From Candidatus Entotheonellaceae bacterium (GTDB lineage: Bacteria > Tectomicrobia > Entotheonellia > Entotheonellales > Entotheonellaceae): a stretch of 64,000 nt of DNA. Under the pieces are notes generated by a model. That model did no database searches. It was given only the letters and a program-made list of their open reading frames with translations, and was not told where the DNA came from. A program made the position numbers and the translations under genes. Position 1 is the stretch's first letter. Each line of letters opens with the position of its first letter. Shown here piece after piece: positions 18,856 through 30,087 of this stretch. The stretch is from NCBI GenBank assembly GCA_965238075.1, contig OZ250173.1:2272001-2336000 (forward strand), written 5' to 3'.

Positions 18856-21800
18856 ATGAGCCAGGAATACCGCTTTTTTGCCAAGTTCGTGCGGCGGGTG
18901 CAGCGCCGCCTCTATCAACGCCGTCTGGTACAGGGCGGCGTGCTGACGGGCACGGTGGTTCTGGCCCTGTTGCTGTTGGGCGTCGCGGTGCAGCCGCTGA
19001 TCGCCCGGCTGCCGCTGACCGCCGTGGTCTACAGCGCCGTGGCCCTGCTGGCCGTGTTGGCGCTGATCGTCTACGTGCTGCGACCGGCGATGCGCTGGGT
19101 GACGCAGAAGCAGGCTCTGGCGCGCATTGAGGAGACCTATCCTGGTTCGCACGACGACCTGCGCAACGCTCTGCAACTGGACGCCGAGGCACTGAGCCGC
19201 GCCAACCCGCACGGTGTGGCGCTTGAACTGGTGCAGGCGCTGCACCGGCGCGTCGCTCGTCAGATAACCGATTTCACGGCGCGCACCGTGGTACGACAGC
19301 GACGCCTGCAGGGCGTGGCCTGGTGCGCCATGCTGGTGCTGGCCGCGGTTGGCGTCAGCCGCCTGCAGCCCGGCGCCCTGGGCGAGTCGTGGCTTATGCT
19401 GACCCGACCCCTGTCCTACCTGCCGGCGCGCGCCATGCACATCACCATCGAGCCCGTTCAGGCGGTCATCGCGCGCGGCAGCAACCTCGACGTGCAGGCG
19501 CAGGTGAGCGGCCGTTTGCCGCGCAGTATGCAAATCCGCCTGCAACGCGACGGTGAGGCCGCGCAATCGTATGACATGGAAGGCCAGGAGCCCGGCGTCT
19601 TCCGCTACACCATTCTCGAACCGCAGGCGTCGCTGAGCTTTCAGGCCGTCAGTGGCGGTTACGCCTCCGAAGCCGGCGCGTTGCAGGTGGTGCCCGCCCC
19701 GGCCGTTGGCCAACTGGTGCTGCGCTACCTGTTTCCCGACTACACCGGCCTGCCCGAACAGGTGCAGGAGGGCGGCGGCGACATCCGGGCGCTGCCCGGC
19801 ACCCAGGTGCGCCTCAGCATGCGCGCCAACGTTCCTCTGGCCAGCGGCCGCATGCGTTTCGAGGTCGGCGATGAAGTCCCCCTCGCTATTACCGACGGCC
19901 AGGAACTGCGCGGCGAGTTGCTGGTCATGCAGAACGACGCCTACGTCATCGAGGTCGAAGACCTGCACGGCCTGAAGAACTCCCGCCCGCCGCGCTTTGC
20001 GGTGCACGTGCAGCCCGACGCAGTGCCCACCGTTGAGGTGATCGAACCCGGCGACGGTGTTGAAGTAGACGAAACCACCGCCCTGAGCATCCGCTACGAG
20101 GCGGCGGATGATTTCGGCCTGCAAAACGCCGCCCTGGTCTACTTCGGCCCGGCCGCCGGCGAGCAGCGTGTGCCGATGCACCAGGGCCGCTTCGACCGCT
20201 CGTCCGTCTTCGAGACCTTCACCTGGAACATGCAGGACTGGGTACTGCCGGACGGCGACACCCTGCAGTTCTACGTCGAGGTGTACGACAACGACACCAT
20301 CAGCGGCCCCAAACGCGGCGTGTCGGAGACCGTGACCCTGCGCATGCGGAACCGTGAACAGGAGCACGATGAGCTGGAGCAGTTGCAGGAAGAGGTGGCC
20401 GACGCCATGCTCGATCTGCTCGCCGACCACCTCGACCTGGCCGCCGAATTCGAGGAGTGGCAGGAGCAGGCCGAAGCGGATGAGGAACTCGACCCCAACG
20501 CTCTGAAACAGGCCCAAGAGCGCCAGCAGGAGGCTGAGCAGCGCGCCGAGCAGCTCGCCGAGCAGGTGGATGAGGCCCTCGCCAGGGTTCAGAACGACCC
20601 GTACAGCTCGTACGAGAGCTTTGCCGATTTGCAGGCTCTGCAGCGGAACATGGAGCGTATGCAGAACAATCTGATGCCGGCGCTGCAGCAGAGCATGCAG
20701 GCCATGCCGCAGCAGAACGCCTCGCCGTCGCAAATGTCCGAACCACAGGAGCGGCTTGAAGACGTACTGGAGGAGTTGGAGCGCATGGCGTCGCTGTCCG
20801 AGCAGATCGCCGATAGCGAGAAGATGCAGGACCTGAAGCGCCTCAGCACCAAGATGATGGAGGAGCAGAATTCCCTGCTGTCGGCGCTCGACGATCTGCC
20901 GCCGGATTTTCAGGGCGGTGAGTTGCCGCCGGAACTCCAGGAGATGCTGGACAACCTGCAATCCATGATGCAGCAACTCATGGAGGCCATGGCGCAGATG
21001 CCCACAGCCATGTCCGACGAGTTTCTCAACAGCCAGCTCGAAAATCTGCCGCTGGACGACATGGCGCAGCAAATGCAGGAGTTGCGGGAAAAACTGGCCG
21101 AAGGCGATCTTGAGGCCGCCAAGAAATTGGCCGAGGACCTGTTGAAGAACTTGTCGGCGATGGTGGCCGCCATGCAGAACATGCAGCAACAGGCGAACGA
21201 GGGCACGATGGACGCCATGGGGCAGCAGTTGATGGAGTCGGCCAATCGCCTGCAGGATTTGGTGCAGCGTCAGGAGGACATTCTGGACGACACGCAGCAG
21301 ATCGACCAGGACGCGGTGAAGCGGCTCAACGAGGCGCAGCAGCAGGCGTTCGAGTCGGCGCGTCAGACGATTGAGGATGAGTTGAACGCGCTGTCGCGGC
21401 AGTTGGCGGAATGGGCGCAACGCTCGCGCCGGCAGCCGGACGCCGACCGCATGTTCGAGGAAGTTGCGCGGCATACGCTGCGGCCGGTGTTCGACGCTAT
21501 GAAGCACCTGGACGAGCCCGACGTGCCAAAGGCGCGGCAGGCTATGCAGGATGCCCAGGAACAACTCGATTGGCTGCAGCAGCGCGCCGCCCAGACGATG
21601 CCGGACGATGCCGGCCTGCAGCAGCAAACGGCGCAGGCGCAGCAGCGCATGCAGGCCGCGCAGCAGGCCCTCGACAGCCTGCCGCAGGACCGCCACGCCA
21701 TGCTGACGCCGCCGCAGCGCGAGCAACTCGGCGGCCTGTCGCAGCAGCAGGCTGGGGTGCAGGCAGACGCGCAGCAATTGGCCGAGGAACTGGCGCAGAT

Positions 21801-22257
21801 GATGCCGTTGCTGCCGTCGCTGCCGGGCGACATCAGCCAGAACGTGCAGGACGCCGTGCCCTTCATGGGTCAGGCCCGGGACGCCCTCGGCAACCAGCAA
21901 AGCCAGCCCGCCATTCCGCCCGAGCAGGCCGCCCTGGAGCGCCTGCGCAGCGCCAACACCAGCATGCAGCAGGCCATGCAGGGCATGCAGCAGCGCGGCC
22001 AGATGATGGGCATGTCCATGCCCATGCTGCAGCAGGCCGGCCGCATGCCCATACCGGGGATGATGCAGCAGATGCGCGTTGACGAGCAGGAGGCGGGCCG
22101 GATGGGGACCAGCGTGCGCAATTTCCAGTTGCCCGACAAGGAGGCGTACAAGGTGCCGCGCATGTTCCGCGAGGACATCATGGAGGCGCTGCAAGAGGGC
22201 TACCCGGAACGCTACAAGGAACGCATCGAGCAGTATTATCGGGATATCGTCCGTTGA
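18856..22257 (+). CDS. Large membrane-anchored protein with Ig-like region and Gln/Met-rich coiled coil (DUF4175-like)
   Basis: N-terminal TMs, YLFPDYTGLP, DDFGL, DNDTISGPK, long Q/M-rich helical tail ending P..Y...IEQYY. Confidence 0.7.
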   Translation: MSQEYRFFAKFVRRVQRRLYQRRLVQGGVLTGTVVLALLLLGVAVQPLIARLPLTAVVYSAVALLAVLALIVYVLRPAMRWVTQKQALARIEETYPGSHDDLRNALQLDAEALSRANPHGVALELVQALHRRVARQITDFTARTVVRQRRLQGVAWCAMLVLAAVGVSRLQPGALGESWLMLTRPLSYLPARAMHITIEPVQAVIARGSNLDVQAQVSGRLPRSMQIRLQRDGEAAQSYDMEGQEPGVFRYTILEPQASLSFQAVSGGYASEAGALQVVPAPAVGQLVLRYLFPDYTGLPEQVQEGGGDIRALPGTQVRLSMRANVPLASGRMRFEVGDEVPLAITDGQELRGELLVMQNDAYVIEVEDLHGLKNSRPPRFAVHVQPDAVPTVEVIEPGDGVEVDETTALSIRYEAADDFGLQNAALVYFGPAAGEQRVPMHQGRFDRSSVFETFTWNMQDWVLPDGDTLQFYVEVYDNDTISGPKRGVSETVTLRMRNREQEHDELEQLQEEVADAMLDLLADHLDLAAEFEEWQEQAEADEELDPNALKQAQERQQEAEQRAEQLAEQVDEALARVQNDPYSSYESFADLQALQRNMERMQNNLMPALQQSMQAMPQQNASPSQMSEPQERLEDVLEELERMASLSEQIADSEKMQDLKRLSTKMMEEQNSLLSALDDLPPDFQGGELPPELQEMLDNLQSMMQQLMEAMAQMPTAMSDEFLNSQLENLPLDDMAQQMQELREKLAEGDLEAAKKLAEDLLKNLSAMVAAMQNMQQQANEGTMDAMGQQLMESANRLQDLVQRQEDILDDTQQIDQDAVKRLNEAQQQAFESARQTIEDELNALSRQLAEWAQRSRRQPDADRMFEEVARHTLRPVFDAMKHLDEPDVPKARQAMQDAQEQLDWLQQRAAQTMPDDAGLQQQTAQAQQRMQAAQQALDSLPQDRHAMLTPPQREQLGGLSQQQAGVQADAQQLAEELAQMMPLLPSLPGDISQNVQDAVPFMGQARDALGNQQSQPAIPPEQAALERLRSANTSMQQAMQGMQQRGQMMGMSMPMLQQAGRMPIPGMMQQMRVDEQEAGRMGTSVRNFQLPDKEAYKVPRMFREDIMEALQEGYPERYKERIEQYYRDIVR

Positions 22258-23858
22258 GCCGTGTCAATTTTCAACACCTCGTGGCTATCGTCGTTTGCCT
22301 CTGTTTGTTGCCGGCTGCTGCCTGGGGCATGCGGCAGGGCAAGGAAGGCGAGGCTCGTTTGGCGAACGAGGGCGAGGTGCTGCTGGACCGCTGGCAGGCA
22401 GACGCCGCCCTTGACTGGGTGGAAGCCAAGCTGGCCGCCGAACCGATGCAGCCCGCGTGGCGGTTCCTTCACGGTCGCGCGCTGTTTTACCAGGGCCGCT
22501 ACCAGGAAGCCCTCGACATCTTCGACGCCTTGCTCGACGTGTTGCCGCATCCGCGGTTTCAGGCCTACCGTGACTTTGTCGCCGAAACCCAGCGCAGCAC
22601 GGCGGACCTGGAACTTCTGGAAACGCCGCACTTCCGCATCTACATCGACCCCCAGCGCGACGCCGCCTTGATGCCGTACGTGGCCGACGTGCTGGAGCGC
22701 AGCTATCAACGCTTGGGTGGTACCTTTCAGTTCTTCCCCGCGGAAAAGATTCGCGTCGAGATTTTTCCCACCACCTCGACCTTCTACCCGGCGTCCAGCC
22801 TCTCCGCCCGCGACATCGAGGTGTCGGGCGCCATCGGCATCTGCAAATTCAACAAGATCATGCTGTTGTCGCCGCGCAATTTGGCGCGCGGGTATCGTTG
22901 GACGGACTCCCTGAGCCACGAATACATTCATTACATCCTGGTGCATCTGAGCCACAACCGGGCGCCGATCTGGCTGCACGAGGGCATGGCGCGCTACTTC
23001 GAGGGCGTCTGGCGGGCCGACTCCAGGGCGCAGCCGGGCTGGCTGAACCGCCGCACCGAGTCGCTGCTGGCGCACGCCCTGGCCAACAACAGCTTCGTGG
23101 GCTTCAAGAACATGGAGCCCTCGCTGGTCAAGCTGGAGACGACCTACCAGGTGCAGCTTGGGTACGCCGAGGCCGCCTCGGCCATCGACTTCATCGTGCA
23201 GCGGCTCGGCTTCGAGGGGTTGCCGTTGTTGCTGCAAGAGCTGCAGCAGGCGCCGGAAGGGGCGGGCGCCGCGGAAGCGATCGCGCGCCTGATGGGCCTT
23301 GGGTTCGATGCCTTTGAAACGCAGTGGCGTCAGTTTCTGATGGCGCGTGATCTAAAGGCGCACGACGGCGTGCGCATGCCCCGGTTCGACCTGAAACAGG
23401 ACGGCAAGACGACGGCGGCCGATCTGCGCCGCGAAATCAGCTCCGGCAGGGCGCGCATGCACAGCCGCCTGGGCGACCGGCTGCGCCGCCGCGGGCGCCT
23501 GCCGGCGGCCGCCATGGAGTATCGCCGCGCCCTGGAGCAGGAACCGCAGTCGCCGTTCCTGCTCAACAAGCTGGCCACGGCGTTGATGGCGCAGGGGCGG
23601 CGGCAGCAAGCCCTGCGGCACCTGCTGCGGGCCAGCGAGCTGGAGACGGATTACGTCGCCACGTACACCAATCTGGGCGGGTTGTACATCGTCTTGGGCG
23701 AATACGAGCAGGCGTGCGAGGCGTTGGCGGAGGCGACCCAGATCAATCCGTTTGACCCCACGGTGCACCTGCATCTGGCCACCTGCCACGCGCAGTTGGG
23801 CCAGGAAGACAAAGCGCAACAGGAACGGCAACTGTTCGAGCAACTTAAGGGAAGCTGA
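22254..23858 (+). CDS. Exported TPR protein with zinc metallopeptidase (MA-clan) domain
   Basis: Signal peptide; LSHEYIH (HExxH) and PIWLHEGMA third-ligand motif; C-terminal TPRs. Confidence 0.8.
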   Translation: MSRVNFQHLVAIVVCLCLLPAAAWGMRQGKEGEARLANEGEVLLDRWQADAALDWVEAKLAAEPMQPAWRFLHGRALFYQGRYQEALDIFDALLDVLPHPRFQAYRDFVAETQRSTADLELLETPHFRIYIDPQRDAALMPYVADVLERSYQRLGGTFQFFPAEKIRVEIFPTTSTFYPASSLSARDIEVSGAIGICKFNKIMLLSPRNLARGYRWTDSLSHEYIHYILVHLSHNRAPIWLHEGMARYFEGVWRADSRAQPGWLNRRTESLLAHALANNSFVGFKNMEPSLVKLETTYQVQLGYAEAASAIDFIVQRLGFEGLPLLLQELQQAPEGAGAAEAIARLMGLGFDAFETQWRQFLMARDLKAHDGVRMPRFDLKQDGKTTAADLRREISSGRARMHSRLGDRLRRRGRLPAAAMEYRRALEQEPQSPFLLNKLATALMAQGRRQQALRHLLRASELETDYVATYTNLGGLYIVLGEYEQACEALAEATQINPFDPTVHLHLATCHAQLGQEDKAQQERQLFEQLKGS

Positions 23859-23861
23859 TAA

Positions 23862-24917
23862 ATGGAACACGCAAGCGGGGCTGAGGAAGCGGTGGCAACG
23901 GTCGACGAGAACGGCAACATCGAGGAGGTGGAGGCGGTCGCCGAGATTGCCAGGCAGCGGCAGCTCATTCTCCAAGAAATCAAGAAGGTCATCGTCGGGC
24001 AGGACGCCGTCATCGAGGAACTGTTGATCGCCCTGTTGGCACAGGGGCACTGTCTGCTGGTCGGGGTGCCGGGATTGGCCAAGACGCTGCTGGTGAGCAC
24101 GCTGTCCGACGTGCTGCACCTGAGCTTCAACCGCGTGCAGTTTACCCCCGACCTGATGCCCTCGGACATCACCGGCACCGACCTGCTGGAGGAAGACCCG
24201 GAGACGCGCCAGCGGCGCTACCGCTTCCTGCGCGGCCCCATTTTCGCCAACATCTTGCTGGCCGACGAGATCAATCGCACGCCGCCCAAAACGCAGGCCG
24301 CGCTGTTGCAGGCGATGCAGGAATACCGCGTCACCGCCAGCGGTCAGACGTACGGGCTCGACCTGCCCTTTTTCGTGCTGGCGACCCAGAACCCCATCGA
24401 GCAGGAGGGCACCTACCCGCTGCCGGAGGCGCAGCTCGACCGCTTCATGTTCCACATCGGCATCGACTACCCCGACCTGGACGACGAGGTGGACATCGTT
24501 CTCAACAGCACCTCGGCCTACAAGCCGCAACTGGAGCGAGTCCTCAGCGCCGACACCATCCTGCGCCTGCAGGACCTGGTGCGGCGGGTGCCGGCGACCC
24601 GCTCGGTGGTGCGCTACGCGGCGCAATTGTCGCAGCGCTCGCGGCCCGGGCATCCGCAGGCACCGGACTTCGTGCGCGACTGGGTCAACTGGGGCGCCGG
24701 GCCGCGCGCTTCGCAGTACCTCATCCTGGGGGCCAAGGCGCGTGCCATCATGCACGGGCGTTTCGCCGCCTCGGCGGAGGACGTCAAGGCGCTGGCGCCC
24801 TCGGTGCTGCGGCACCGCATCCTCACCAATTTCAATGCTGAGGCCGAAGGCATGACCTCGCTCGACATCGTGCAGCGGCTGCTGGACGATGTGCAGCTCG
24901 AAGGGAACGAGGCGTGA
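23862..24917 (+). CDS. moxR: MoxR-family AAA+ ATPase
   Basis: GVPGLAKT, RVQFTPDLMPSDITG, LADEINRTPPKTQAALL, ATQNPIEQEGTYPLPEAQLDRF. Confidence 0.95.
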   Translation: MEHASGAEEAVATVDENGNIEEVEAVAEIARQRQLILQEIKKVIVGQDAVIEELLIALLAQGHCLLVGVPGLAKTLLVSTLSDVLHLSFNRVQFTPDLMPSDITGTDLLEEDPETRQRRYRFLRGPIFANILLADEINRTPPKTQAALLQAMQEYRVTASGQTYGLDLPFFVLATQNPIEQEGTYPLPEAQLDRFMFHIGIDYPDLDDEVDIVLNSTSAYKPQLERVLSADTILRLQDLVRRVPATRSVVRYAAQLSQRSRPGHPQAPDFVRDWVNWGAGPRASQYLILGAKARAIMHGRFAASAEDVKALAPSVLRHRILTNFNAEAEGMTSLDIVQRLLDDVQLEGNEA

Positions 24918-25837
24918 GAGGCACAACGCCGCGAGTTGCCCGTCAACAGCTTGGCCGTAGCTATTTTGACCCCCTGGTTCTCGCCAAAATCGCCAACATG
25001 TCGGTGCGTGCCCGGCACGTCGTCGAGGGTCTGCTGAGCGGCATGCACAAAAGCCCGTACCGGGGCCACAGCGTCGAGTTCGCCGAGCACCGCGAGTACG
25101 TGCCGGGGGACGAAATTCGCCGCATCGACTGGAAGGCGTACGGCAAGTTCGACCGCTATTACATCAAGGAATACGAAGAGGAAACGAACCTGCGGGCGTA
25201 CCTGCTGCTCGACGCCAGCGCCTCGATGGACTACGCCGCCGACGAGTCGGTGCTGCGCAAGTTCGATTACGCCGCCACCCTGGCCGCTTCGCTGGCCTAT
25301 CTGATGCTGCGGCAGGGCGACGAGGTGGGACTGGTGACCTTCAATGCCGAAATGCAGCGCTACATTCCGCCGCGCAGCGGCATCCGGCACCTGCGGGAGT
25401 TGGCCGGCCACCTGGAGAGCGTGCAGCCGCAGGGCGAGACGCACCTCGGCCCGGCGCTGCGCGAGCTGGCGGGCAAGATCAGGCAGCGTGGCTTGGTGAT
25501 CGTCATTTCGGATTTATTCGACGATCCGGAATCCGTTCTGCGCACCCTGCGTTCGTTCCGCCACCGGCGGCACGAGGTGCTGGTGTTCCAGGTGCTGGAC
25601 CGCAACGAGCTTGAATTTCCCTTCCAACGGCTGACGGTGTTCGAGGACATCGAGCAGGCGAGCAGCCGCATTCTGTCGGAGCCGAGGAGCATCCGGGCCG
25701 CCTATCTGCAACAACTGCAGACGTTTCTGGGCGACTACCAGCGGGTCTGCAGGCGCGATGCGATCGACTATCACCTGTTTCCGACGACAACCCCGCTGGA
25801 CGTGGCGCTGACGCGGTACCTGGCGCGGCGGCAGTAG
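24914..25837 (+). CDS. DUF58 (VWA-related) protein
   Basis: G.HKS..RG.SVEFAEHREYVPGDE.R.IDWK, LDASASM, ISDLFD. Confidence 0.92.
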   Translation: MRGTTPRVARQQLGRSYFDPLVLAKIANMSVRARHVVEGLLSGMHKSPYRGHSVEFAEHREYVPGDEIRRIDWKAYGKFDRYYIKEYEEETNLRAYLLLDASASMDYAADESVLRKFDYAATLAASLAYLMLRQGDEVGLVTFNAEMQRYIPPRSGIRHLRELAGHLESVQPQGETHLGPALRELAGKIRQRGLVIVISDLFDDPESVLRTLRSFRHRRHEVLVFQVLDRNELEFPFQRLTVFEDIEQASSRILSEPRSIRAAYLQQLQTFLGDYQRVCRRDAIDYHLFPTTTPLDVALTRYLARRQ

Positions 25838-25846
25838 GGAGGCAGC

Positions 25847-27976
25847 ATGTTTGGCTTGATGTTTCTGCAGCCGGCGTTCCTGCTGGCCGGTCTGGCGGCC
25901 GGTGTGCCGATTCTGATCCACCTGATCAATCGGCACCGGGCGCTGGTACACCGCTTTCCGGCGCTGCGCTTCCTGCTGATGGCGGACCGGCGCACGGCGC
26001 GCAAGTTCCGCTTGTACCAATTGCTGCTGCTGGCCCTGCGGGTACTGGCGATTCTGCTGCTGGCGCTGCTCCTGTCGCAGCCGCGTTGGGGCGACGAGGC
26101 GAGTGCGGCCCTGGCGTTGCCGCCGCAGGCGACGGTGTTGCTGGTGGACAACAGCCTCAGCATGCAGTTGCGCGACGGCCAGGAGACCCGACTGGAGCGC
26201 GCCAAGACGCTGGCGGGTCAGTTGCTGGATGGGATTGCGGCGCCGGACAGCGCGGTTGTGCTGCCGCTGGTGACGGATGATGCCGATACCGATGCGAAGC
26301 CGCCCCTGTTGGGTGCCGATGCGGCGGCGTTGTGGGATCAGGTGCGCGCCATTTCGGCCAGCCACGCGGCGGTAGACATCGCGGCTGCGGTGCAGCGGGC
26401 CATCGAGATATTGCAGGCGAGCACGGCGCCGAGGCGGCGGCTGATGCTGCTGACCGATCTGACGGTGCATGGCTGGGAAGGTTTTCGGGTGTCGGATCTG
26501 CCGCGGGTACCGGAAGACCTGGTTGTGCACGTAATTCGCCTCGGCTCGCCGCAGCGCGACGCCAACGCCCTGATCAGCGGCGTGCGCGTTACCGAGCCGC
26601 CGTTTATCGAGCAGACGCCGTTGGACGTCACCGTGTGGGTCCGCAATCACAGCGACGAGCCGGTGCGCAGCCTGCGGGTTGATCTGTTGCTCGGCGGCGA
26701 GACGGTTGGCCAGCAACTGGCCGACCTGGCTGCCGATGAGGAGGTAGCCGTTCCCTTCCGCATCGTGGCGCCGCAGGCGGGGCTGCACTGGGGCGAGGTG
26801 CGTTTGCAGGGCGACGCGTTTACCGAGGATGATCGGTTCTACGTCGCGCTGCAGACGGTGGCACCGGCGCGGGTGCTGGTGGTGGACGGCGATCCGGGCA
26901 CGTCGCTGTTCGACAGCGAGACGTTCTACCTGCTCAGTGCCCTGCAGCCGCGCGGCTCGCTGGGGTCGCCGCTGTTCCACCCGAAGCCGCTGATCTGGGA
27001 GGGCCTGGAGCAGGAGCGGCTGAGCGATTACAGCGTCATCGTCCTGTGCAACGTCGAGGCGCTGTCGCCGCAGGTGCGCCAAGGGCTGCACCAGTTCGTG
27101 GCCGACGGCGGCGGGCTGATTTTCTTCACCGGTCATCAGGTGGACGCGACGCGTTACAACGCCCTGTTTTACGGCTCGGACACGCCGCTATTGCCGGTGG
27201 CTCTGGGCGAGCCGGTGCAGCTACCCGAGGAAGCGCCGGTGACGCTGCAACTGGCCGACAACGCGCACGAGGCCGTGGCGGTCTTCACTGGTGGCGCGGC
27301 GGACATGCTGACGCGCAGCCGGGTTTATCGCTATTTCTCAGTGGCCGAGGACGAGGCGGCAGGTGCGGACGTGTTGCTGTCGTACGACGACGGCCGACCG
27401 TTCCTGCTCGAACGCTCCCTGGGCCGCGGGTATGTGCTGCTGTTCACCTCCACCGCCGACCGCGACTGGACGGACCTGCCGACGCGGACGGCATACGTGC
27501 CTTTGATGCACAGTCTGGTCGGATACGCCGCGCAGCTTTCCAAGGCGGCGCAGCGTCCGCAGGTGTTTCTGCCCGGCCCGACGTCGGTGCGTATCCAGGG
27601 GGCGCAGGAGGGCGGCAGCCTCACCATTCTCACCCCGGACGGCAAGGAGTTTCTGAGCCGTTTCGTGACTCAGGAAGGCGTCATTGGGGCGCCGGTGACG
27701 GACTACACCGTGCCGGGCATTTACCGCCTCAGCAGCAGCGCCGACACCGACTACCTCGCCGTGAATGCTACGCGGGCGGAGTCGAACTTTGCCAAATTGC
27801 AGCAGGCCGATCTGCAGGCGCGCTGGCAGCCGTTGTCCGTTATATTGGAGGAAGAAGCGGCGCTCGGCCAACAGGCCGACGGCACGGCGCTGCCGGGCCG
27901 CGAGATCGCCGGGATACTGCTGCTTTCCCTGGTGGCGGTGTTGATGGTCGAGAACGTCTGCGCCAACCGTTTGTGA
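25847..27976 (+). CDS. BatA N-terminal / VWA domain membrane protein
   Basis: FLQP..L.GL...VPILIHL...FPALRFL (BatA-type N-terminus), DNSLSM MIDAS, LTD, C-terminal TM. Confidence 0.85.
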   Translation: MFGLMFLQPAFLLAGLAAGVPILIHLINRHRALVHRFPALRFLLMADRRTARKFRLYQLLLLALRVLAILLLALLLSQPRWGDEASAALALPPQATVLLVDNSLSMQLRDGQETRLERAKTLAGQLLDGIAAPDSAVVLPLVTDDADTDAKPPLLGADAAALWDQVRAISASHAAVDIAAAVQRAIEILQASTAPRRRLMLLTDLTVHGWEGFRVSDLPRVPEDLVVHVIRLGSPQRDANALISGVRVTEPPFIEQTPLDVTVWVRNHSDEPVRSLRVDLLLGGETVGQQLADLAADEEVAVPFRIVAPQAGLHWGEVRLQGDAFTEDDRFYVALQTVAPARVLVVDGDPGTSLFDSETFYLLSALQPRGSLGSPLFHPKPLIWEGLEQERLSDYSVIVLCNVEALSPQVRQGLHQFVADGGGLIFFTGHQVDATRYNALFYGSDTPLLPVALGEPVQLPEEAPVTLQLADNAHEAVAVFTGGAADMLTRSRVYRYFSVAEDEAAGADVLLSYDDGRPFLLERSLGRGYVLLFTSTADRDWTDLPTRTAYVPLMHSLVGYAAQLSKAAQRPQVFLPGPTSVRIQGAQEGGSLTILTPDGKEFLSRFVTQEGVIGAPVTDYTVPGIYRLSSSADTDYLAVNATRAESNFAKLQQADLQARWQPLSVILEEEAALGQQADGTALPGREIAGILLLSLVAVLMVENVCANRL

Positions 27977-27994
27977 GGCGGGGAGGTGAGACCG

Positions 27995-28822
27995 ATGTCT
28001 GACGATACGCAATTGATCATCCCACATGCTGGGTCCGACCCTCACCCGGCCACCCTGTCGCGGCGGGCGCTGTTGAACCGCGCGGCCCGCGGCTTGGCCG
28101 CCATTCCCGCTCTGTTGGGGTTGCGGACGCCGCCGGCTGCCGCCATGCCGGCCACCAACACCTTCGTGCTGGCACAGTTGCAATATCGCGGCGGCCAGTG
28201 GGACCCGCGGCCCTTGGCCGTCGCCCCTCTGATGCAGGAAATGCGCCAGCGCACCAGCGTCGAGACCCAGAACGAGCGCCGTATCCTCACCCCGCGCGAC
28301 CCGGCGCTGTTTTCCCACCCCTTCCTGTACATGACCGGTGAGCAGGCTTTCGAGCCCTTCGACACCGAGGAACTGGAAATCCTGCGCCGCTACCTGCGCT
28401 TCGGCGGCTTAATGCTCATCGACGACGCACGCGGCAACAAGGGGCAGGACTTCGACGCCAGCGTGCGGCGCGAAATCGCCCGCCTGTTCCCGGCCCGCGC
28501 GCTCAAAATCCTGGCGCCCGACCATTCCGTGTTTCGCACCTACTACCTTATCCGTACCATGGGCGGCGTGCGCATCGTCAATCCCTACCTCGAAGGCGTG
28601 CACATCGGCGACCGCACCCCGCTGCTCTACTGCCAGAACGGCCTCGGCGCCGCCTGGGAGCGCGACTACCTCGGCAACTGGGTGTCCGCCTGCCATCCCG
28701 GCGGCGAAGTCCAACGCCTGCAAGCCTTCAAGCTCGGCGTCAACGCCATCATGTACGCCCTCACCGTCAACTATAAACAGGACCTCATCCACCTCCCCTT
28801 CATTCGCCGGAAGCTCGGGTGA
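27995..28822 (+). CDS. DUF4159 protein with twin-arginine signal
   Basis: LSRRALL Tat-like motif; PFLYMTG, LRRYL..GG..LIDD, GVN..MYALT..YK.D. Confidence 0.85.
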   Translation: MSDDTQLIIPHAGSDPHPATLSRRALLNRAARGLAAIPALLGLRTPPAAAMPATNTFVLAQLQYRGGQWDPRPLAVAPLMQEMRQRTSVETQNERRILTPRDPALFSHPFLYMTGEQAFEPFDTEELEILRRYLRFGGLMLIDDARGNKGQDFDASVRREIARLFPARALKILAPDHSVFRTYYLIRTMGGVRIVNPYLEGVHIGDRTPLLYCQNGLGAAWERDYLGNWVSACHPGGEVQRLQAFKLGVNAIMYALTVNYKQDLIHLPFIRRKLG

Positions 28823-29019
28823 GACACCGGGGTTTCTCCATGGGTAGATGTGGCGTTTGTCTTGACATACCATCTGTATAAGTTGGCCCCGCTTATGTTG
28901 TGAGTTTTTCAGACCTCTGTCATTCCGGCCTCCCATTGTGACATGTTGCATGTTTTCCAGACTCATCTCCGGCACCCTGCGTATGAAAATGCTGAAGTTC
29001 TTCGATTGATGGGGTCCAT

Positions 29020-30087
29020 ATGAAGCGCGAAGCGAAACTCCTACTCGAGAAGGCCTGCGATTCTCTGGTGCTTTCCATCGAGTTATTCAACCGGCCATAC
29101 GAGCGGGGACGTGTATGTGGAACTCTCATCCAACTCCATCATGGATTTGAAATGTTGATGAAGGCCGCGATTTTGTATAAGGGCGGGCGAATCCGTGATT
29201 GGCAGACTAAGGAAATGATTGGCTTTAGTACCTGCGTACGACGTTCGTTGAGCGACGGGACAATTAGGTACCTGACTGACGAACAGGCCCCCTCCTCCAA
29301 GCAATCCGGGAATTGCGAAATGCCGCCCAGCACTACTTGCTGGATATTTCGGAGGCACAGTTCTACATACAGGTACAATCGGGGGTTACACTGTTTCGAG
29401 ACATTCTGGTAAGTGTCTTTGATCAGGATCTGTCCAGTTTTCTGCCGGCCCGTGTGCTTCCGGTATCGATAGAGTTCCCAACAGATCTGGTAACACTTTT
29501 CGATTCTGAGATCGGCCAAATTAGAAAACTCCTGAGCCCTGGCCGACGTCGTCGAATTGAAGCCATGGCAAGGCTTCGACCGCTCGCTATTCTTGACGCC
29601 GCATTTCAAGGTGAAATGGGTCATCCGAGCGACGAAGAATTGGTGCGCCTTGGTGAGCAATTGATGGCGGGTCAATCCTGGGAAGTAGTTTTCAAGGGTG
29701 GCAGCCGTTGACACCAAAGCCGAGGGAAATGGCCCCAGCTTGTCACTTAGGATCTCGAAGAAGGAGGGCATGCCTGTACGGCATGTCCCTGGAGGGACAC
29801 CCGGTGCGTCTGTGGTTGCTGTTAGACGCGTTAGCGAGTTGAGTTTTTATAATCTTGGGGCGAAGGAACTTGCGACTAAATTATCGCTGACAATGCCAAA
29901 ATTGATAAACATCGTGGAGCACTTGGGTATCCGTAATGACGAGGACTTCTACAAGGAGTTCAAGCTTAGTGGAGTTCTCCACAAGCGGTACTCGCAAAAT
30001 GCGATAAAGGTGATTGAGTCAGCGTTGATCAAAGAAAGTGCCGATGAGATGTGGGCGAAGCGGCGCGGCTTGCGGGCAAGCTCCTGA
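29020..30087 (+). pseudogene. DUF3644-like HEPN-motif protein split by two frameshifts
   Basis: Three ORF pieces (29020, 29313, 29698) join at C5 (29288-29292) and G3 (29696-29698). Contains IELFNRP, FEMLMKA and RNAAQH (RxxxxH); lower GC than its flanks. Confidence 0.7.

Noticed and set aside
18838-22194. 1118-aa minus-strand ORF and other long antisense ORFs (e.g. 4200-5825, 7147-8808, 17202-18815, 25514-27136)
   Set aside because: Shadows of well-supported opposite-strand genes in high-GC DNA; no recognisable motifs.
28862-28882. TTGACA...TATAAG as promoter of the HEPN gene
   Set aside because: The spacer is only 9 nt.
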